Shown here one piece after another: positions 11,451 to 25,444 of a stretch of DNA of 62,187 bases; positions within the stretch are counted from its first letter, which is position 1; every line of letters starts with the position of its first letter. The notes under the pieces were generated by a model. That model had not been told where the DNA came from. It was given only the letters and a program-made list of their open reading frames with translations, and made no database searches. This DNA is from Chiloscyllium plagiosum (taxonomy: Eukaryota), in the NCBI RefSeq assembly GCF_004010195.1, contig NC_057760.1, positions 3,933,899 to 3,996,085 of the forward strand. Reading direction: 5' to 3'. The position numbers were made by a program, and so were the translations under genes.

Positions 11451-13799
11451 TGCTTCCAATTAAACCTGTTGGACTATAACCTGCTGTTGTGTGATTTTTA
11501 AACAGGAATAATCTAGGCAACTATAGAGCAGTTAGTCTGATACCACTGGCAGGGAAGCTGCTGGAGAAGACACTGAGGGATAGGATCTATTTAAATTTGG
11601 AAGAAAAAGTGACAGGCAGCATGGTTTTGTGCAGGGAAGGTCATTTCTTACCAACTTAATAGAATTCTTTGAGGAAGTGACAAGTTGATTGATAAGCTAA
11701 GGGCTGTAGATGTCATATACATGGACTTCAGTAAGATGTTGATTAGTTTTTCATGATAGGCTGATGGAGAAAGTGAAGTCGCATGGGGTCCACGGTGTAC
11801 TAGCTAGATGGATAGAGAACCGGCTGGGCAACAGGAGACAGAGTAGTAGTGGTAGGGAGTTTCTCAAAATGGAGACCGTGTTACAGCTGTATAGGACTTT
11901 GGCTCGGCCACATTTGGAATTCTGTGTACAGTTCTGTTCACCACATCACCAAAGGATGTGGATGCTTCGGAGAGGGTGTAGAGGTGGTTCACCAGGATGT
12001 TGCCTGGTCTGGAGGGTGCCATCTATGAAGAGAGGTCGAGTAGATTAGGATTATTTTCATTAGAAAGACGGAGGTTGCGGGAGTCCTGACTGGGGTGTAC
12101 AAAATTATGAGAGCTATAGACAGGGTGGATAGTAAGAAGTTTTTTCCCCAGACTGGGGAACTCAATTACTAGGGGGCACTAGTTCAAGTGAGAGCAGAAG
12201 AGTTTAAGGGAAATATATGTGGAAAGCTCTTTACGCAGAGGATGGTGGGTGCCTGGAATGTGTTGCCAATGGAAATGGTAGAAGCAGGCATGATAGTGAC
12301 ATTTAAGATGTATCTCAACAGATATATAAATGGGTAGGGAGCAGAGGGATACAGATCCTTAGAAAATAGGCAACAGGTTTAGATAGAGGATCTGGATAGG
12401 CACAGGCTTGGAGGGCCGAAGGCTCTGTTCCTGTGCTGTAATTTTCTTTGTTCTTTATTCCTCGGCCCAGTAATCAGGGGAACACTAAAATCTATTATAA
12501 AGGATGGGATAAATAGACACTTGGAGAAAAATGATCTGGTTAGGCATAATCAGTATGGTTTGCAATTGGAAATTGTGTTTGATGAACTTGTTGCAGTCTT
12601 TTGAGGACGTTACAAAAAAACTTGATAAAGAGGATTGAAGGATGAAATGTGCTTAGATGTTCAAAAGGTTTTTGATCAGATTCAAAGCTTTTGAGGGGCA
12701 CAGACAGAGAGAAACTGTTTTTCCACATAGTAGAAGGGTCAATAGCTTAAAACTGTGCCTCTGGCTAAGGAACAAGATGTTAGAAGAGGATTTGAGGAAA
12801 ACCTTTCACACAGAGGATGGTGAATATTTTGAACTCATTGCTAAAAAAGATGGTAGACACAGGTATTTAGATAAGCACTTGAAGCATCATGACATTGAAG
12901 GTGACAGATCAAGTGCTGGAAAACGGGAACCGTATAGATGAATGCTTAAAAATTCTATGACTAACTCCATGACTCTATTCCCATGGAAGGCTGGGTGGCT
13001 AATTAAAGCAAATGGGATAAGTGGTAATGGATTAATAGAGGTCATAGGTGGCAGGCATTAATGATTGGCTGACATACAGTAAACAGACTAGGGAATAAAT
13101 GTTATCAAATTTGTGTTGGCAGGCTGTGACTGGTGGGGTATGACAAGGATCAGTGCTTTGGCCCCAGCTATTCACAATATTCATCAATACTTTAGGGACA
13201 AATATAATATCTCCAAATTTTCAGGTGACACAAAGCTGAGCAGGAATTTATGTCATGGGGAAGATGAAAAGACCTTCAGGAGGATTTGGACTGGATACAA
13301 ACATGGCAGACTGAATATAATGTGGAAAATATGACGTATCAGTTTTGGTAGGAGCAGATGATGTATGGAACATTTCTTAAATGGTAAAGGGTAGGAAACT
13401 GTACATATAAAAGGGATCTACGAGTCCTTGTAGATAAGTCAGAGAGATAACATGCAGGTGCAGCAACCTATAATGACAGTCTTTATTGCAAGAGGATTTA
13501 AGTACAAGAGTAGTTAGGTCTTACTTCAACTGTCATGGAGCTTGGTCAGACCACAATTGATGTACGTATCCAGTTTTGGTCAAATGGAAAGATATTAGTG
13601 AAAATATGGAATAAATAATAGATCGATTTAATGGGAAGTTACATAAATATAAAAAAGAGAGAAAGAAAGGAACAGAAGGATATATTTATGGGAAAAGAGC
13701 TGGAGATTCATGCCAAGTATAAACAATGGCATCGACATGTCAGTCCAAGTGAACAGTGTGCGTTGTTCATTCAATGTACACTTGGAAAAGCTAAATTAC

Positions 13800-13853
13800 C
13801 TGGATGGTTGGAGATCAGCTGTTGATAGGATGCTCCATTGTGATGTGAAGAGC
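13800..13853 (-). CDS. smad10: co-Smad linker exon, 54 nt, ending ISNHP
   Basis: ttgtcactctag|GCTCTTCACAT...AACCATCCAG|gtaatt gives (C)SSHHNGASYQQLISNHP(G), matching SMAD4 ..PPISNHP. Phase 1-1. Not in the ORF track. Confidence 0.9.
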
Positions 13854-14689
13854 CTAGAGTGACAAATAACCATTGTTATAAAGTGCAATGATTTGAAAAT
13901 CACTGGGCGCTCCAAATTTTAACAGGTATCCTCAGAAGTTATAGCAAAGAGTTGATTTTGAACTTGAAATATTTTTCAGTTTGTCATTCATATAAATTCA
14001 AATAGTCATTCTTAAATTCATTTTTAATCAGGTGTTAAGTTAATGACAACAAAAGAAGATTATCCAAAGTCCCTGTGTTATTTACGCTTTGATCTGGAAA
14101 TTCTTTATGGTGTAACACCATGAAAATCAAAGCTTCTTCTCATCATGACAATGATCACAACCCTAAAGTATTTATTGAACTCTTAACTTCAATGTGCGTT
14201 TCCTAAAAACTGCTACTCCAGCCAAAAGATGACTGTGGATGTAAATTCAGCAACTGTGTGGACCCATGGAATGTCAACCAGGACAAAATCAGGGAAGTTT
14301 TAGAAATTCAAAACAGAAAGACTAAGAGGGTGGAGATCATAAGAAGTTGAAAACTGCCCCTGCTCACTTACTCACCCACTCAGCAGGGAGCCAGCAACTT
14401 CAGACCTGTTTGTGGTATATCCTTCCAGGGATATATCAAAATAAAGTTAAAAAACAAATGCAAGTCCAGGTCTTTATTAGCTTTTATTGTCATCTGCTAT
14501 CAGTTACTAAAAAATTCCCAAGCTTGTGGCCTCCCACTATAGTTTCTGCTGCTTTGTGCGCCTTAGTGACTGAATACTCTCCTTGACTAACCAGTTGTTG
14601 TTCAATCTTCTCACAGAGTCCTTCTTTTTGACCAGAATAATTTTTTGCTGAGCATTACAAAACATCTGCTTAAATACCTGCTAGATGAA

Positions 14690-17600
14690 CTAATCATCCC
14701 CTCGGTCTATTTTCCCAGCCTCCTTCAAACCTGCATAATTCTGTTTTTCAGTGGCAGCAGCAACTCGAAGGGCGGGAGCATGGACCAGGGGTCTGCTGGG
14801 AGCAGTGAGTCACTGATTTGAATTTTAAAAACTTACCTCGAGTGTGGGAGTCCTCCATTTCTGTTTTTCAGCGGCAGCAGCAACTCGAAGGGCGGGAGCT
14901 TGGACCAGGGGCCTGCTGGGAGTGGTGAATCACTGATTTGAACTTGTATATTTGAAATCAGAGAGCAGAGATTTCTGGAAAAGGAGGGACTTCTTTTTAT
15001 TTCCATCCAGCTATATAAGTCAGCTGAACACATGGTTGCAAGGATGATGCAGGAGGGAGGGCTTCAGGTACTTGGATAATTAAGGGTCATTTTAGGGAAG
15101 GTGGGACCTCTACAAACAGGAAGGTCTTCACTTGAACCAGAGGGGTACTAATATCCTGGGTGGGAAATTTGGTGGTGCTATTTAGGTGGTTTTAAACTAG
15201 TTCAGCAGGGGGATGGGAACCTGCGGTGTCGTTGCAGTGCACAGGAGGATGAGAGTAGGTACTACAGTAACAGGATTTCAGGGTCACAGGAAGGTGCTGG
15301 CAGACAGCGAAGTGGTTTGAAGTGTGTCTACTTCAATGCTAGAGTTATCCAAAATAAGGTAGATGAGCTTGCAGCATGGATACATAAATGGGACTTCGAT
15401 GTTGTGGCCATTTTGGAGACATGGATAGAGCTGGGTGAGGAATGGATGTTGCAGGTTCCAGGGTTTAGATCTTTCATTACGAACAGGCAAGGTGGTAAAG
15501 GAGGAGGAGGAGGTGTGGCCTTGTTGGTCAAGGATAGTATAACGCTGGCTGAAAGAACTTTTGACGAGGACTCGTCTACTGAGGTTAGAAACAGGAGAGA
15601 AGAGGTCACACTGCTTAAAGTTTTTTATAGGCCTCCACAGAGTTCCAGGGAGGTGGAGGATAGGATTGGCAAAATTATTCTGGGTAGGAGTGAAAGGAAC
15701 AGTATGGTAATTATGGGGGACTTTAACTTCCCCAACATTGACTGGAAATGCTATAACGTTAGATGGATCAGTTTTTGTCCAATGTGTACAGGAGGGTTTC
15801 CTGACACAGTACATCGAAGGGCCGACAAGCAGGGAGGCCACACTGGATCTGGTGCTTGGCAATGAACCAGGCCAGGTGTTTGATTTAGTTGTAGGCGAAC
15901 ACTTCAGAGATAGTGACCATAATTCAATTACGTTTAGTTTAGCGATGAAAAGGAATAGGTACATGCCACAGGTCAAGAGTTATTGATGGGGCAAGGGCAA
16001 TTATAATGCGATTAGGCAAGAATTAGGATGGATAGAATGGGGTAACAAAATGCAGGGGATGCAGACAACGGAAATGTGGAGCTCGTTTAAGGAACAGATA
16101 TTGCATAGGTATATCTTTGTGAGGCAGGGAGGAAGTGATAAGGTAAGGGAACCGTGGTTTACTACAGAAGTTGCATCTCTTGTTAAGCAGAAGGAGGAGG
16201 CTTATGTATTGATAAGGCAAGATGGTTCAGATGAGGCTATGGAGAGTTACAGATCAGCTAGGAAGGATTTAAAGAGAGAGTTAATAGGAGCAAAGAGAGG
16301 ACACGAGCAGTCTTTAGCAAATAGAATAAGGAGAACCCTAAAGCTTTCTATAAGTATGCGACGAATAAAAGGATGACTAGGGTAGGAATAGGGCCAGTCA
16401 AAGACAGAAGTGGGAAGTTGAGTGTGGACCCTGTGGAGATCGGAGAGGTGCTAAACGAACATTTCTCATCAGTGTTCGCTCAGGAAAAGGAGAATATTGT
16501 AGAGGAGAAGAATGAGGTACAAAATATTAGACTGGAAAAGATCGAGGTTAGTTATGAACAGGTGTTATCAATTCTAGAAGGAGCGAAAGTAGACAAGTGC
16601 CTTGGGCCGGATGGGATTTATCCGAGGATTCTCTGGGAAGCTAGAGAGGAGATAGCAGAGCCTTTGGCTTTGATATTTCAGTCGTCATTGTCTACAAGTT
16701 TAGTACCAGAGGACTGGAGGATTGCAAATGTTGTGGCCTTATAATCATCTAGCAAGCAACAATTTGATTTCAGCTAGTCAACATGGTTTCGTCAAGGGCT
16801 GGTCGTGTTTCACAAACCTCTGAGTTTTTTGAGAAGGTGACCAAGCGTGTTGATGAAAATAGGGCAGTTGACATGGAATACATGGACTTCAGTAAACCCT
16901 TTGATAAGGTTCCACATGGTAGGCTGTTGGAGAAAATGCAGAGGCATGGAATGGAGGTTGATTTAGCAGTTTAGATTAGAAACTGGCTTTCTGAAAGAAG
17001 GCAGCGAATGGTGGTTGATGGAAAATGTTCAGCCTGGAGTCTGGTTACTAGTGGTGTGTCACAAGGATCTGTTTTGGGACCACTGCTGTTTGTCATTTTA
17101 ATAAATGACTTAGACGCAGGCATAGGTGGATGGATTAGTAAATTTGCAGATGACACTAAAGTCGGTGAAGTAGAGGGCAGTTTGGAAGAATGTTACAGGT
17201 TGCAGGGAGACTTGGATAACTGCAGAATTGGGCTGAGAGGTGGCAAATGAAGTTCAATGCAGCTAAATGTGAGGTGATACACTTTGGGAAGAATAACAGG
17301 AAAGCAGAGTACTGGGTCAATGGAAAGATTCTTGGTAGTGTAGATGTGCAGAGGCATCTTGGAGTCCATGTACATAGACCCCTGAAAGTTGCCGCCCAGG
17401 TTGATAGTACTGTTAAAAGGCACACAGTGTGTTAGGTTTCATTGGGAGAGGGATTGAGTTTCAGAGCCGCAATATCATGCTGCAACTGTACAAAACGCTA
17501 GTGCGGCCACACTTGGAATATTGCGTATAGTTCTGGTCGCCATATTTCGGGAAGGATGTGGAAGCATTGGGAAAGGTGCAAAGGAGATTTACAAGATGTT

Positions 17601-18037
17601 GCCTGGTCTGGAGGGAAGGTCTTATGAGGAAAGGCTGAGAGGCTTGGGTCTGTTCTCATTGGAAAGAAGGAGGCTAAGAGGGGATTTGATAGAAACATAC
17701 AAGATGATCAGTGGATTAGATAGGGTAGACAATGAAAGTCTTTTTCCAAGGATGATGATGTCAGCGTGTACGAGGGGGGCATAACTACAAATTGAGGGGT
17801 GATAGATTTAAGACAGATGTCAGAGGCAGGTTCTTTACTCAGAGAGTGATAAGGGCGTGGAATGCCCTAACTGCCAATGTAGTCAACTCAGTCACATTAG
17901 GGCGATTTAAACAATCCTTGGATAAGCAAATGGATGATGAAGGGATAGTGTAGGGGAATGAGCTGAGAATAATTCACAGGCCAGCTCGACAACGAGGGCC
18001 GATGGGCCTGTTCTGCGCTGTATTGTTCTATGTTCTA
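14690..18037 (+). mobile_element. CR1 LINE, long copy with 5' tandem repeat, APE, RT and 3' tail
   Basis: [56 protein letters not shown]; ends tattgttctatgttcta. Frameshifts and internal deletions present. Confidence 0.9.
14739..14942 (+). repeat. two ~84-bp direct repeats at 120-bp period in CR1 5' region
   Basis: ttctgtttttcag(t/c)ggcagcagcaactcgaagggcgggagc...tcactgatttgaa at 14739-14822 and 14859-14942. Confidence 0.85.
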
Positions 18038-18829
18038 ATTACTTTATATAGGTTGAGGTCACTAGGTGTTGCCCTAGTGGGAGTAAGTCACTAATGAGGT
18101 ACATGTATGAATATTCTGGAAGAGGGAACTAAATGAAATATTTCCAAGTTTGCTGATGACTCAAAACTGGACAGAAAAGTGGGTTATAAGGAGGATGCAA
18201 AGAGGCTTCAAAATGATTTAAACAAATTAGTGGTGGGCAAGCACATGGTAGATGCAGTACAGTGTGGCTAAATGTGAAGATGCACACCGGTGTGAAAAAC
18301 ACAAAGGTAAAGTATTATTTAAATGGTGATTTATTGGGAACTGTGGATGCACAAAGGGATTTGGGTGCCCTTGTACACCGGTCAATTAAAGCAGACATGT
18401 AGGTGCAGCAAGCAATTGGTATATTGGTCTTGACTGGAACAGGATTTGAGTCCAGGAGGAGGGATGTCTTACAGTTTTGATCTCCCCACTGAAGAAAGGA
18501 TCGAGGGAGTGCAGTGGAGGTTCACTAGGCTGATACGAGGGCTGGCAGGATAGTCATATGTAGAGAAATCAGTTGGACTCACCCTGTATTCACTACAGCT
18601 TAGAAGGATGAGGGGAGATTTGAAATGTAAAGGATTCTAACAAGGCTGGACAGACTAGATGTCGGGAGTATGTTTTCGTGGGTTGGGGAGTTTAGAAGCA
18701 GGGATGCAGTTTCAAGATATGGGATAGGTCAGATAGGACTGAAATGAGGACAAAGTTCTTCAGAGGGTAGTGAACCTGTGACATTATGAACTAAAATAGT
18801 TGAATTGGCTGGGTCATTGAGGATATTCA

Positions 18830-21330
18830 TACAGTCTTTCTCCATTTAAAATATATTCAGCTCTTTTATTTTTCCTGCCAAAGTATGTAACCCCACATTA
18901 TATTCTATCTGCTAAGTTTTTCCCACTTATTTAACCTGTCTATATTCATCTCCGGATTCTGCACGTCACCCTCACTACTTGCCTTCCCACCTATTTTTGT
19001 GTTATCCATAAAACTACAGTACATTGACTTCCCTCATCGAAGTTGGCATCTTAGGTTGACACGATGAATAGTACTGCTGTCTCACAGCACTAGGAACCCA
19101 GATTCAATCCCAGCCTTAGGTGACTGTCTGTGTAGCATGTGCACGTTCTCTCCACATCCGTGGGTTTCCTCTGCGTGCTCCGGCATCTTCCCACGGTCCC
19201 AAGATATTTAGATTAGGTTGATTAGTCATGCTCAATTGTCTGTAGTATACTGGTGTGTGCAGGCTAGGTGGGTTAGCCATAGGAAATGTGGAGTTAAGGG
19301 AATAGGGTGGGGTCTCTGTCCAGGTGATAGGAGAATAGTTGCAGACTCAATGGGCCAAATGGCCTCTTTCTGCGCTGTAGGGATACTATGATTCTATTAA
19401 GGCATTAAAATACATTGCAAATAATTGTGGCCCCAGTAGCGATCTCTGTGGCACTCCACAAGGTATAGGTTGTCATCCTGAAAATGTGCTCCCACATCTT
19501 TACTGCAATTGCGTTTTCTATTTTAGTCACTCATCCATCCTTGCCAATATAATGCCATTATACTTAACTCTTATGTTATTAAGTGCCTAATGCATGATAC
19601 CTTCTCATATCTTTTGGAAATTCAGATATATCTACTGGTTCTTTTTTCTCCAATTCACTCATGGGACATGGGCATCTTTAGCTGGCTAGCATTTATTGGT
19701 CATTCCTAGCCTACTTTGAAATATGTGGCTTGCTCGGTCATTTCAGAGGACAGTTGAGAGTCTACTACATTGCTGAGAGTCTGAAATCACATGTAGGCCA
19801 TACCAGGTAAGGATAGCATACTCCTTTCCCTGATGGACATTAGTGAGCCAGGTGGGTTTTTCTGACAATCAGCAATGATTTCATGGTCATCAGAAGATGC
19901 TTAATTCCAGATATGTTTTTAGTGAACTCAAATTCAATCTGCCAGTGGGATTCAAACACGTGTCCTCAGAATATAGCTGAATTCCTGGATCAATAATCTA
20001 GCAATACCCTTTTATCTATCCCACCTGTCACCTCCACAAAGAATTCTAAGATTTGTCAGCCATGCTTTTCCTTTTATGAAGTCATGGTGACTCTACTTTG
20101 ATTCATTAAGCAATTCTAAATGCTCTGTTATTACATTTTTATAATAGACTTTAACAACGACAGATTTTAACTTAATTGGCCTATGGTTACCAGTTTCTCA
20201 CCTCCCTCTCATTTTGAATAACTGAGACATTGGCAATTTTCCAATCCTCTGGGACACTTTCAGAATCTAAGGACTCTTGGAAGGTTGTTACCAGTGCGTC
20301 CAATATCTCTGTCATTATTTCCTTTAAAATCTTAGGATGCAACACAAGTTTTAGGGTACTCAGCAACTTTAGCCCCATTCATTTCCTTAGTACATTCTCT
20401 TTAGTGATAGTGTATTTATTCGCAAACCCCACATCCCCTTTGATTATTTTGCATTTTACGAATGCTATTAATGTCCTCCACCTAATAACTGTTGCAAAGT
20501 ATTCATTCAATTCCTTTGCCATTTCCCCATTCCCAATTATTATTTCCCCAGGCTCATTCTCTAAGGGTGAAAGTGAGGACTGCAGATGCTGGAGATTAGA
20601 ATTGAGAGGCTTATACTGACTTCGGCCCCTCCTTTTTATACGGTTAACAAAACTTTTACTTTCCATTGTTATATTACATGCTATTTTACTGTCATAGTTT
20701 CGCTCTTCCTTTATTTTGGTTGGGTCATTTTTTGTTGGTTTATAAAATGTTGCCAATCTTCCTGTCTGAGTCAGAGTTATACAGCACGGAAACAAACCCT
20801 TTGGTTCAACTCATTTATGCAAACCAGATAGCCTAAATTGATCTAGTCCCATTTGCCAGCATGTGGCCCATATCCCTCTAAACCCTTCCTATTTATGTCC
20901 AAATGCCTTTGGAATGGTGTAATAGTACCTGCCTCCACCACCTCTTCTGGCAGCTTGTTCCAGATACAAACCACCCTCTAAGTGGAAAAAGTTGCCCGTC
21001 AGGTCCATTTTAAAACTTAACCCTCTCATTTTAAAACCTATGCCCACTAGTTTTGGATTCCTCCACCCTGGGAAAAAGACCATCACTATTCACCCTATCC
21101 ATGCCCCTTATGATTTCATATAACTCTAGAAGGTTACCTCTCAGCCTCTGAAACTCCAGGGAAAAAAGTCTTTTGTCTGTTTTTTTTTCCACAAATTTAT
21201 TATCTTTAACATCCTTGGGTATCTGTGGTTGGTTTATACCCTTCCTAGAATTATTCTTCCTTACTGAAATGTGTTGTTACTGAGTGAGGCACAAACAATT
21301 TTCTTAAAAGTTTTCTATAGTTCCTCAACC
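18830..21330 (-). mobile_element. old CR1 fragments (minus) with nested SINEs and a younger CR1 tail
   Basis: Minus-strand peptides LHPKILKE..VPEDWKIANV and EMAKELNEYF. A CR1 3' tail lies at about 20770-21165. Confidence 0.65.
19055..19397 (+). mobile_element. diverged tRNA-derived V-SINE (HE1-like)
   Basis: tRNA-like head (ctgctgtctcacagcactaggaacccagattcaatcc), V-core (cgtgggtttcctctgcgtgctccgg), CR1-like tail. Confidence 0.75.
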
Positions 21331-23483
21331 ATCTTTTTCTTTCGCAGTCCACTCCAGCCAGGGGAGGAATGGTGCTAAATCAAATAACTAGACTGTAAAA
21401 AGAGCTTTAACTAAACAAGGAGGGGACAGTTCAGGAGGGGAAAATGTAAGCTTACAAGTCAAAAAGGATATGGTGGAACCTGCAGGGCAGCTGTTTTGAT
21501 AATGATAACTGACTTCTAACTTGACTGCATCTGCTGCTAAAACCCTCATCCATACCTTCACTGCCAGACTTGACAATTGCAATGGATCCTTGGCGAAACT
21601 CTCATTCTGCAGACATTTCAGGCCATCCAATTCCACCTGTCATCCAGTGTCATTCACCTACTATTCCTCTCCTTACAGACTAATACTAATTGTTGATGCT
21701 AGCCATGATCTGCACTGGTGATTCTCATACCAAATCAGAAAGGCTGTGGCTTCGCACCCACCCCAGAGAGTTGAGCACACAATCTGGGCTAATTCCAGTG
21801 AGTACTGAGATTGCATTCAGCTATCAGAAATGCAATGTATGCAATGTATCCCATGAGATGTTAACAAAACCTTTCTTATATTAATAGTAAAAAGAAAGTC
21901 AATTTCAAATACAAGATGGTGCCCATTTTATTGCAAACCTGTCAATTTTGCCTAAAAAGCAGGAAAAAAGTCAACTAAAGATGACAACATTTCTGCAAGT
22001 ACACTTCCAGGATTTCACAAATGACAGGATAAGGTTTACTCACCATTGTGTGGCGTGCGTGGTTGAGAGGCTGAGGCAGTGTGACGCAAGAGGAAGGGTA
22101 TCACAGTTGATTGTGATGGCTGACCTGAGAGATCACACAACTATGTTCAGTGTGTGCATTAAAGGCTTTGCAAAACAATATTAAAGTATATTAAAGTTGA
22201 AAATTTATGGCCAAATAGTTCAGATGGAGTTAAAAGTTAGTTTCTCAATATTCCCTGTCTTCCTACAGGTAAAATGCCCACCTTCAGCTTGATTTGCAAG
22301 ATTGGCATTAAGAAATAAGCATACAAGAGCAATGATTTTCTGAATTTCTCTCAAGTATGTAATAATAGTAACTGTGGTGTAGTGGCAATCTACCTATCTC
22401 TGGGACAGAGTTCCACCGACCCTCGAGGTGTGCCATCACAGATTAAACCTCTCTGCCTCAGTATTTTCCAATATTCTGTTCAGAGCAAGTATGACTTGAA
22501 CCTGAGCTTCCTGGCCCAGAAGGAGGGTGACTACCACTGTGCCACAAGAGCCCCCTAAAACCTCCCTGCCGAAAAGGAAAACAAATTAATTCACCTCTAG
22601 GCTACTGACGCAAGGCTGACATTAAAGGAGTGACCATGTTAGTTTATTTAGGCAACCCAACAATATCATATGTCAGCGCAGACAAATGAGCTAGTAACAA
22701 GTGAGAGCAAAGTTAATTCTGCAGAGGCAAATATCTAGGTGAAATGGCTTGGAATCAAAGATAGTCTTGTAAATAATAGTAAGCCAAAAGAAAATGCCAT
22801 TGATGTTGAAAATCTGAAATAGGACCATCAGCCCGCTGAAAGATCAGCTGCCTGATAAAGTGATAGAGTTACATACCATGAAACAGACCTTTCGGCCCAA
22901 CTATGGACTCTCAGTGGAGTGTAGCACAAACAGTCAAGTTTCTGGTATCGAGACAGGCTCTAATGTAATGAGGGTTCCAAGTGATTGATTGTGATAGGGA
23001 ACTCTCTAGTCAGAGGCACTGACAGATGTTTCTGTAGCCAGCAGCAAACAGTCAGAATGATGTGTTGCCTCCCTGGTGCCAAGATCAATGATATCTCAGA
23101 GAGGGTGCAGAATATTATCAAAGGGGAGAGAGACCAGCAGGAAGTCATTGTACATATTGGAACTAACCACATAGGAAGGGAAAAGGATGAGATTCTGAAG
23201 GGAGAATACAGAAAGTTAGGCAGGAATTAATAAAAAGTCCTCGAGGGTAGTAATACCTGGATTACTCCCGGTGCTGCAAAGTAGTGAGGGTAGGAGTAGG
23301 AGGATAGAGCAAATGAATGCGTGGCTTAGGAGCTGGTGCAGGGGAGAAGGGTTCACATTTTTGGATCATTGGAATCTATTCTGGGGTAGAAGTGACCTGT
23401 TCAAGAAGGATGGATTGTAACTGAATTGGAAGGGGACTAGTATACGAGCAGGGAGCTTTGCCAGAGCTGCTCAGGAGGATTTA

Positions 23484-24126
23484 CAGAGGAATCTTGATTA
23501 TCCAAATATCAAGTATCCGAATTTCAGATTATCCGAAGATGATCTCAATGTCCCGCAAAAACATTACATCAAAGAGGAAAATGTATTCGGATTACCTGTA
23601 CTGAAGAACATGTGAAAATGCTGGCAAAAACAAGGAAAGACAGGCACCTCGAGCAACAGCTACTGGAATTTTTTTTAGGTAAGTGTTAGTTACACAGCCG
23701 TTTGCAAAAATAAGTGCTTTTCAAGATATTCCTGTCATTTTGCCAGGCCATTCATGAAAAAAACGGCTGAGAAAGTGCGAAGCGGTGCTTCTGTCTTTTT
23801 ATCACAACAGTGAGTTCACAGAAACTGACAAATACTCTTGTGATCATACAAGCTGTTCGGGACCTTGGTTAACGCTGGGATTTCATATATTTTTGTGATG
23901 GTAAGGGTTTAGTTCTTCTCAGTTTAACCCGTAATTTGCAGAATGCAAAGATTAGTTTGTTTAAATAGCAGACTCATTGAAATTATAGATTTAAAACTCT
24001 CTTGTAGAGCACAGCATTAGATCAGTATGGCTTCCCTTGTTAAAGGTCAAATCAATTATCCAAATAATCAATTGCGCGAATAAAATAGTGCCCGCCCATC
24101 TCATTCAGATAATTGAGGTTCCGCTG
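23484..24126. mobile_element. non-autonomous Tc1/mariner (pogo/Tigger-type) DNA transposon
   Basis: TIRs CAGAGGAATCTTGATTATCCAAAT and (reverse complement) CAGCGGAACCTCAATTATCTGAAT, 18/24 identical. TA on both sides. The host CR1 rejoins as gaggattTAaaccag. Confidence 0.8.
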
Positions 24127-24685
24127 TAAACCAGTATGGTGGGGAGAAGGGACCCAGGGAAATAATGAGGAAAGAGATTGTTCTGAGACTGGTACAGTCG
24201 GGAAAGGGAGTGAGTCAAACAGTCAGGAAGAAGGTAGGATAAATAAATTAAACAGCATTTCCTTCAATGCAAGAGGCCTAACAGGGAAGGCAGATGAACG
24301 CAGGGAATAGTTAAGGACATGGAACTGGAATATTATAGCAATTACAGAAATGTGGTTCAGGGATGGACAAGACTAGCAGCTTAATATTCCAGGATACAAA
24401 TGCTACACAAAGGGTAGCAAGGGGTGCAAGACAGGAGGGGGAGTGGTGTTTTTGATAAAGGATAGCTTTACTGCTGTACTTAGGGAGGATATTCCTGGGA
24501 ATACATCCAGGAAAGGTACTTAGGTAGAACTAAGAAATAAGAAAGGGATGATCATCTTATTGGGGTTGTATTATAGACCCCCTATAGTCAGCAGGAAATT
24601 GAGAAACAAATTTGTAAGGAGATTTCAGTTACCTAAAAGAATAATAAAGTGGTTATGGTAGGGGATTTTAACTTTCCAAACACAG

Positions 24686-25444
24686 TATTATAAAGATGAA
24701 GGCACGTATTGTACCTTTAAGAGAGGGTGAAAGTTGAAAAGCAGGCAAGCACTGGTCATAAGACAGACTAGCAGGCACAAAGTGTACTAGACAATTTGAA
24801 GATGTAACATTTGGCTGTAACCTAGATATATGAATTGTTTTCGCAGCAGTTCGAATTTAACCAGTTTAAATTATGCCCCAAGATATTAAAACCCAATCGA
24901 ATTTGAATTTTACTGTTTTGACAACATTGAAACAATGAGATGACCCGATGTTTGGGTTTATAAAAAAAAAAGCATTTTGGACAGTTAGGCAGAGAAAAAA
25001 ACACCTCCTGCCATCGAAAGACTGCTATTCAAAAACACTCACTAAAAAGGTAACTTTTCCATATGGAACATCTTTGCAGCAGAAGACTGAAGACGACCCA
25101 GGGAGTTCTACAAACAAGAGGAGGATTGACACCGGAGACGACAACTGCTCTCTGGTTGTAAAAACTGATTGCTGTAAATTTAATAGGGGCTTTATCGGAT
25201 CAGTATATTGTTATAGACTGGGAGGGAGATAACAAATCTTTAAGAGAAAGGAGACTTAGAGCTATAAATAGCTACTGTTTAATGTTCACTTTTGGAGTTA
25301 AAGAAGAAAATTGTTATTTTTTTCTTTAAATAGTGGAATTTGGGTAGTTCTCCGTCACTCATACTTTAACAGATTACAAAGCAAGGTGAGCTTTACTGTG
25401 TGTTTGGTTTAATTAATAGGAGGGTTTACTGTCATGTTCTAACA
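24686..25444 (+). mobile_element. probable solo LTR
   Basis: 759-bp insert splitting the CR1 GDFNFPNIDW codons. Starts TATTA (degenerate TGTTA) and ends TAACA. Flanks acag/atag are a 4-bp TSD with one mismatch. Strand inferred. Confidence 0.65.

Larger units (their letters stand above)
8353..11502 (+). mobile_element. Penelope-like retroelement (RT + GIY-YIG endonuclease), degraded
   Basis: KSADKGG, MDVSALYTSIPH, MGTKFAPQYGNIFM, YTRYI(DD at gap), TTLYRKPTD, CxxC, VVCLIRC..WYIGETKQRLRQRMNGH. CA-rich 3' region and hammerhead-like tail. Flanked by caagaataatc (8342-8352) and caggaataatc (11503-11513). Confidence 0.9.
5480..12460 (+). mobile_element. decayed near-full CR1 LINE hosting nested insertions
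   Basis: ORF1 Cys-rich/esterase pieces (5534-6145), APE endonuclease (YDVIAITETWL, GGGAAFLV; about 6976-7600), and RT region resuming after 11504 up to the 3' tail near 12460. Confidence 0.8.
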
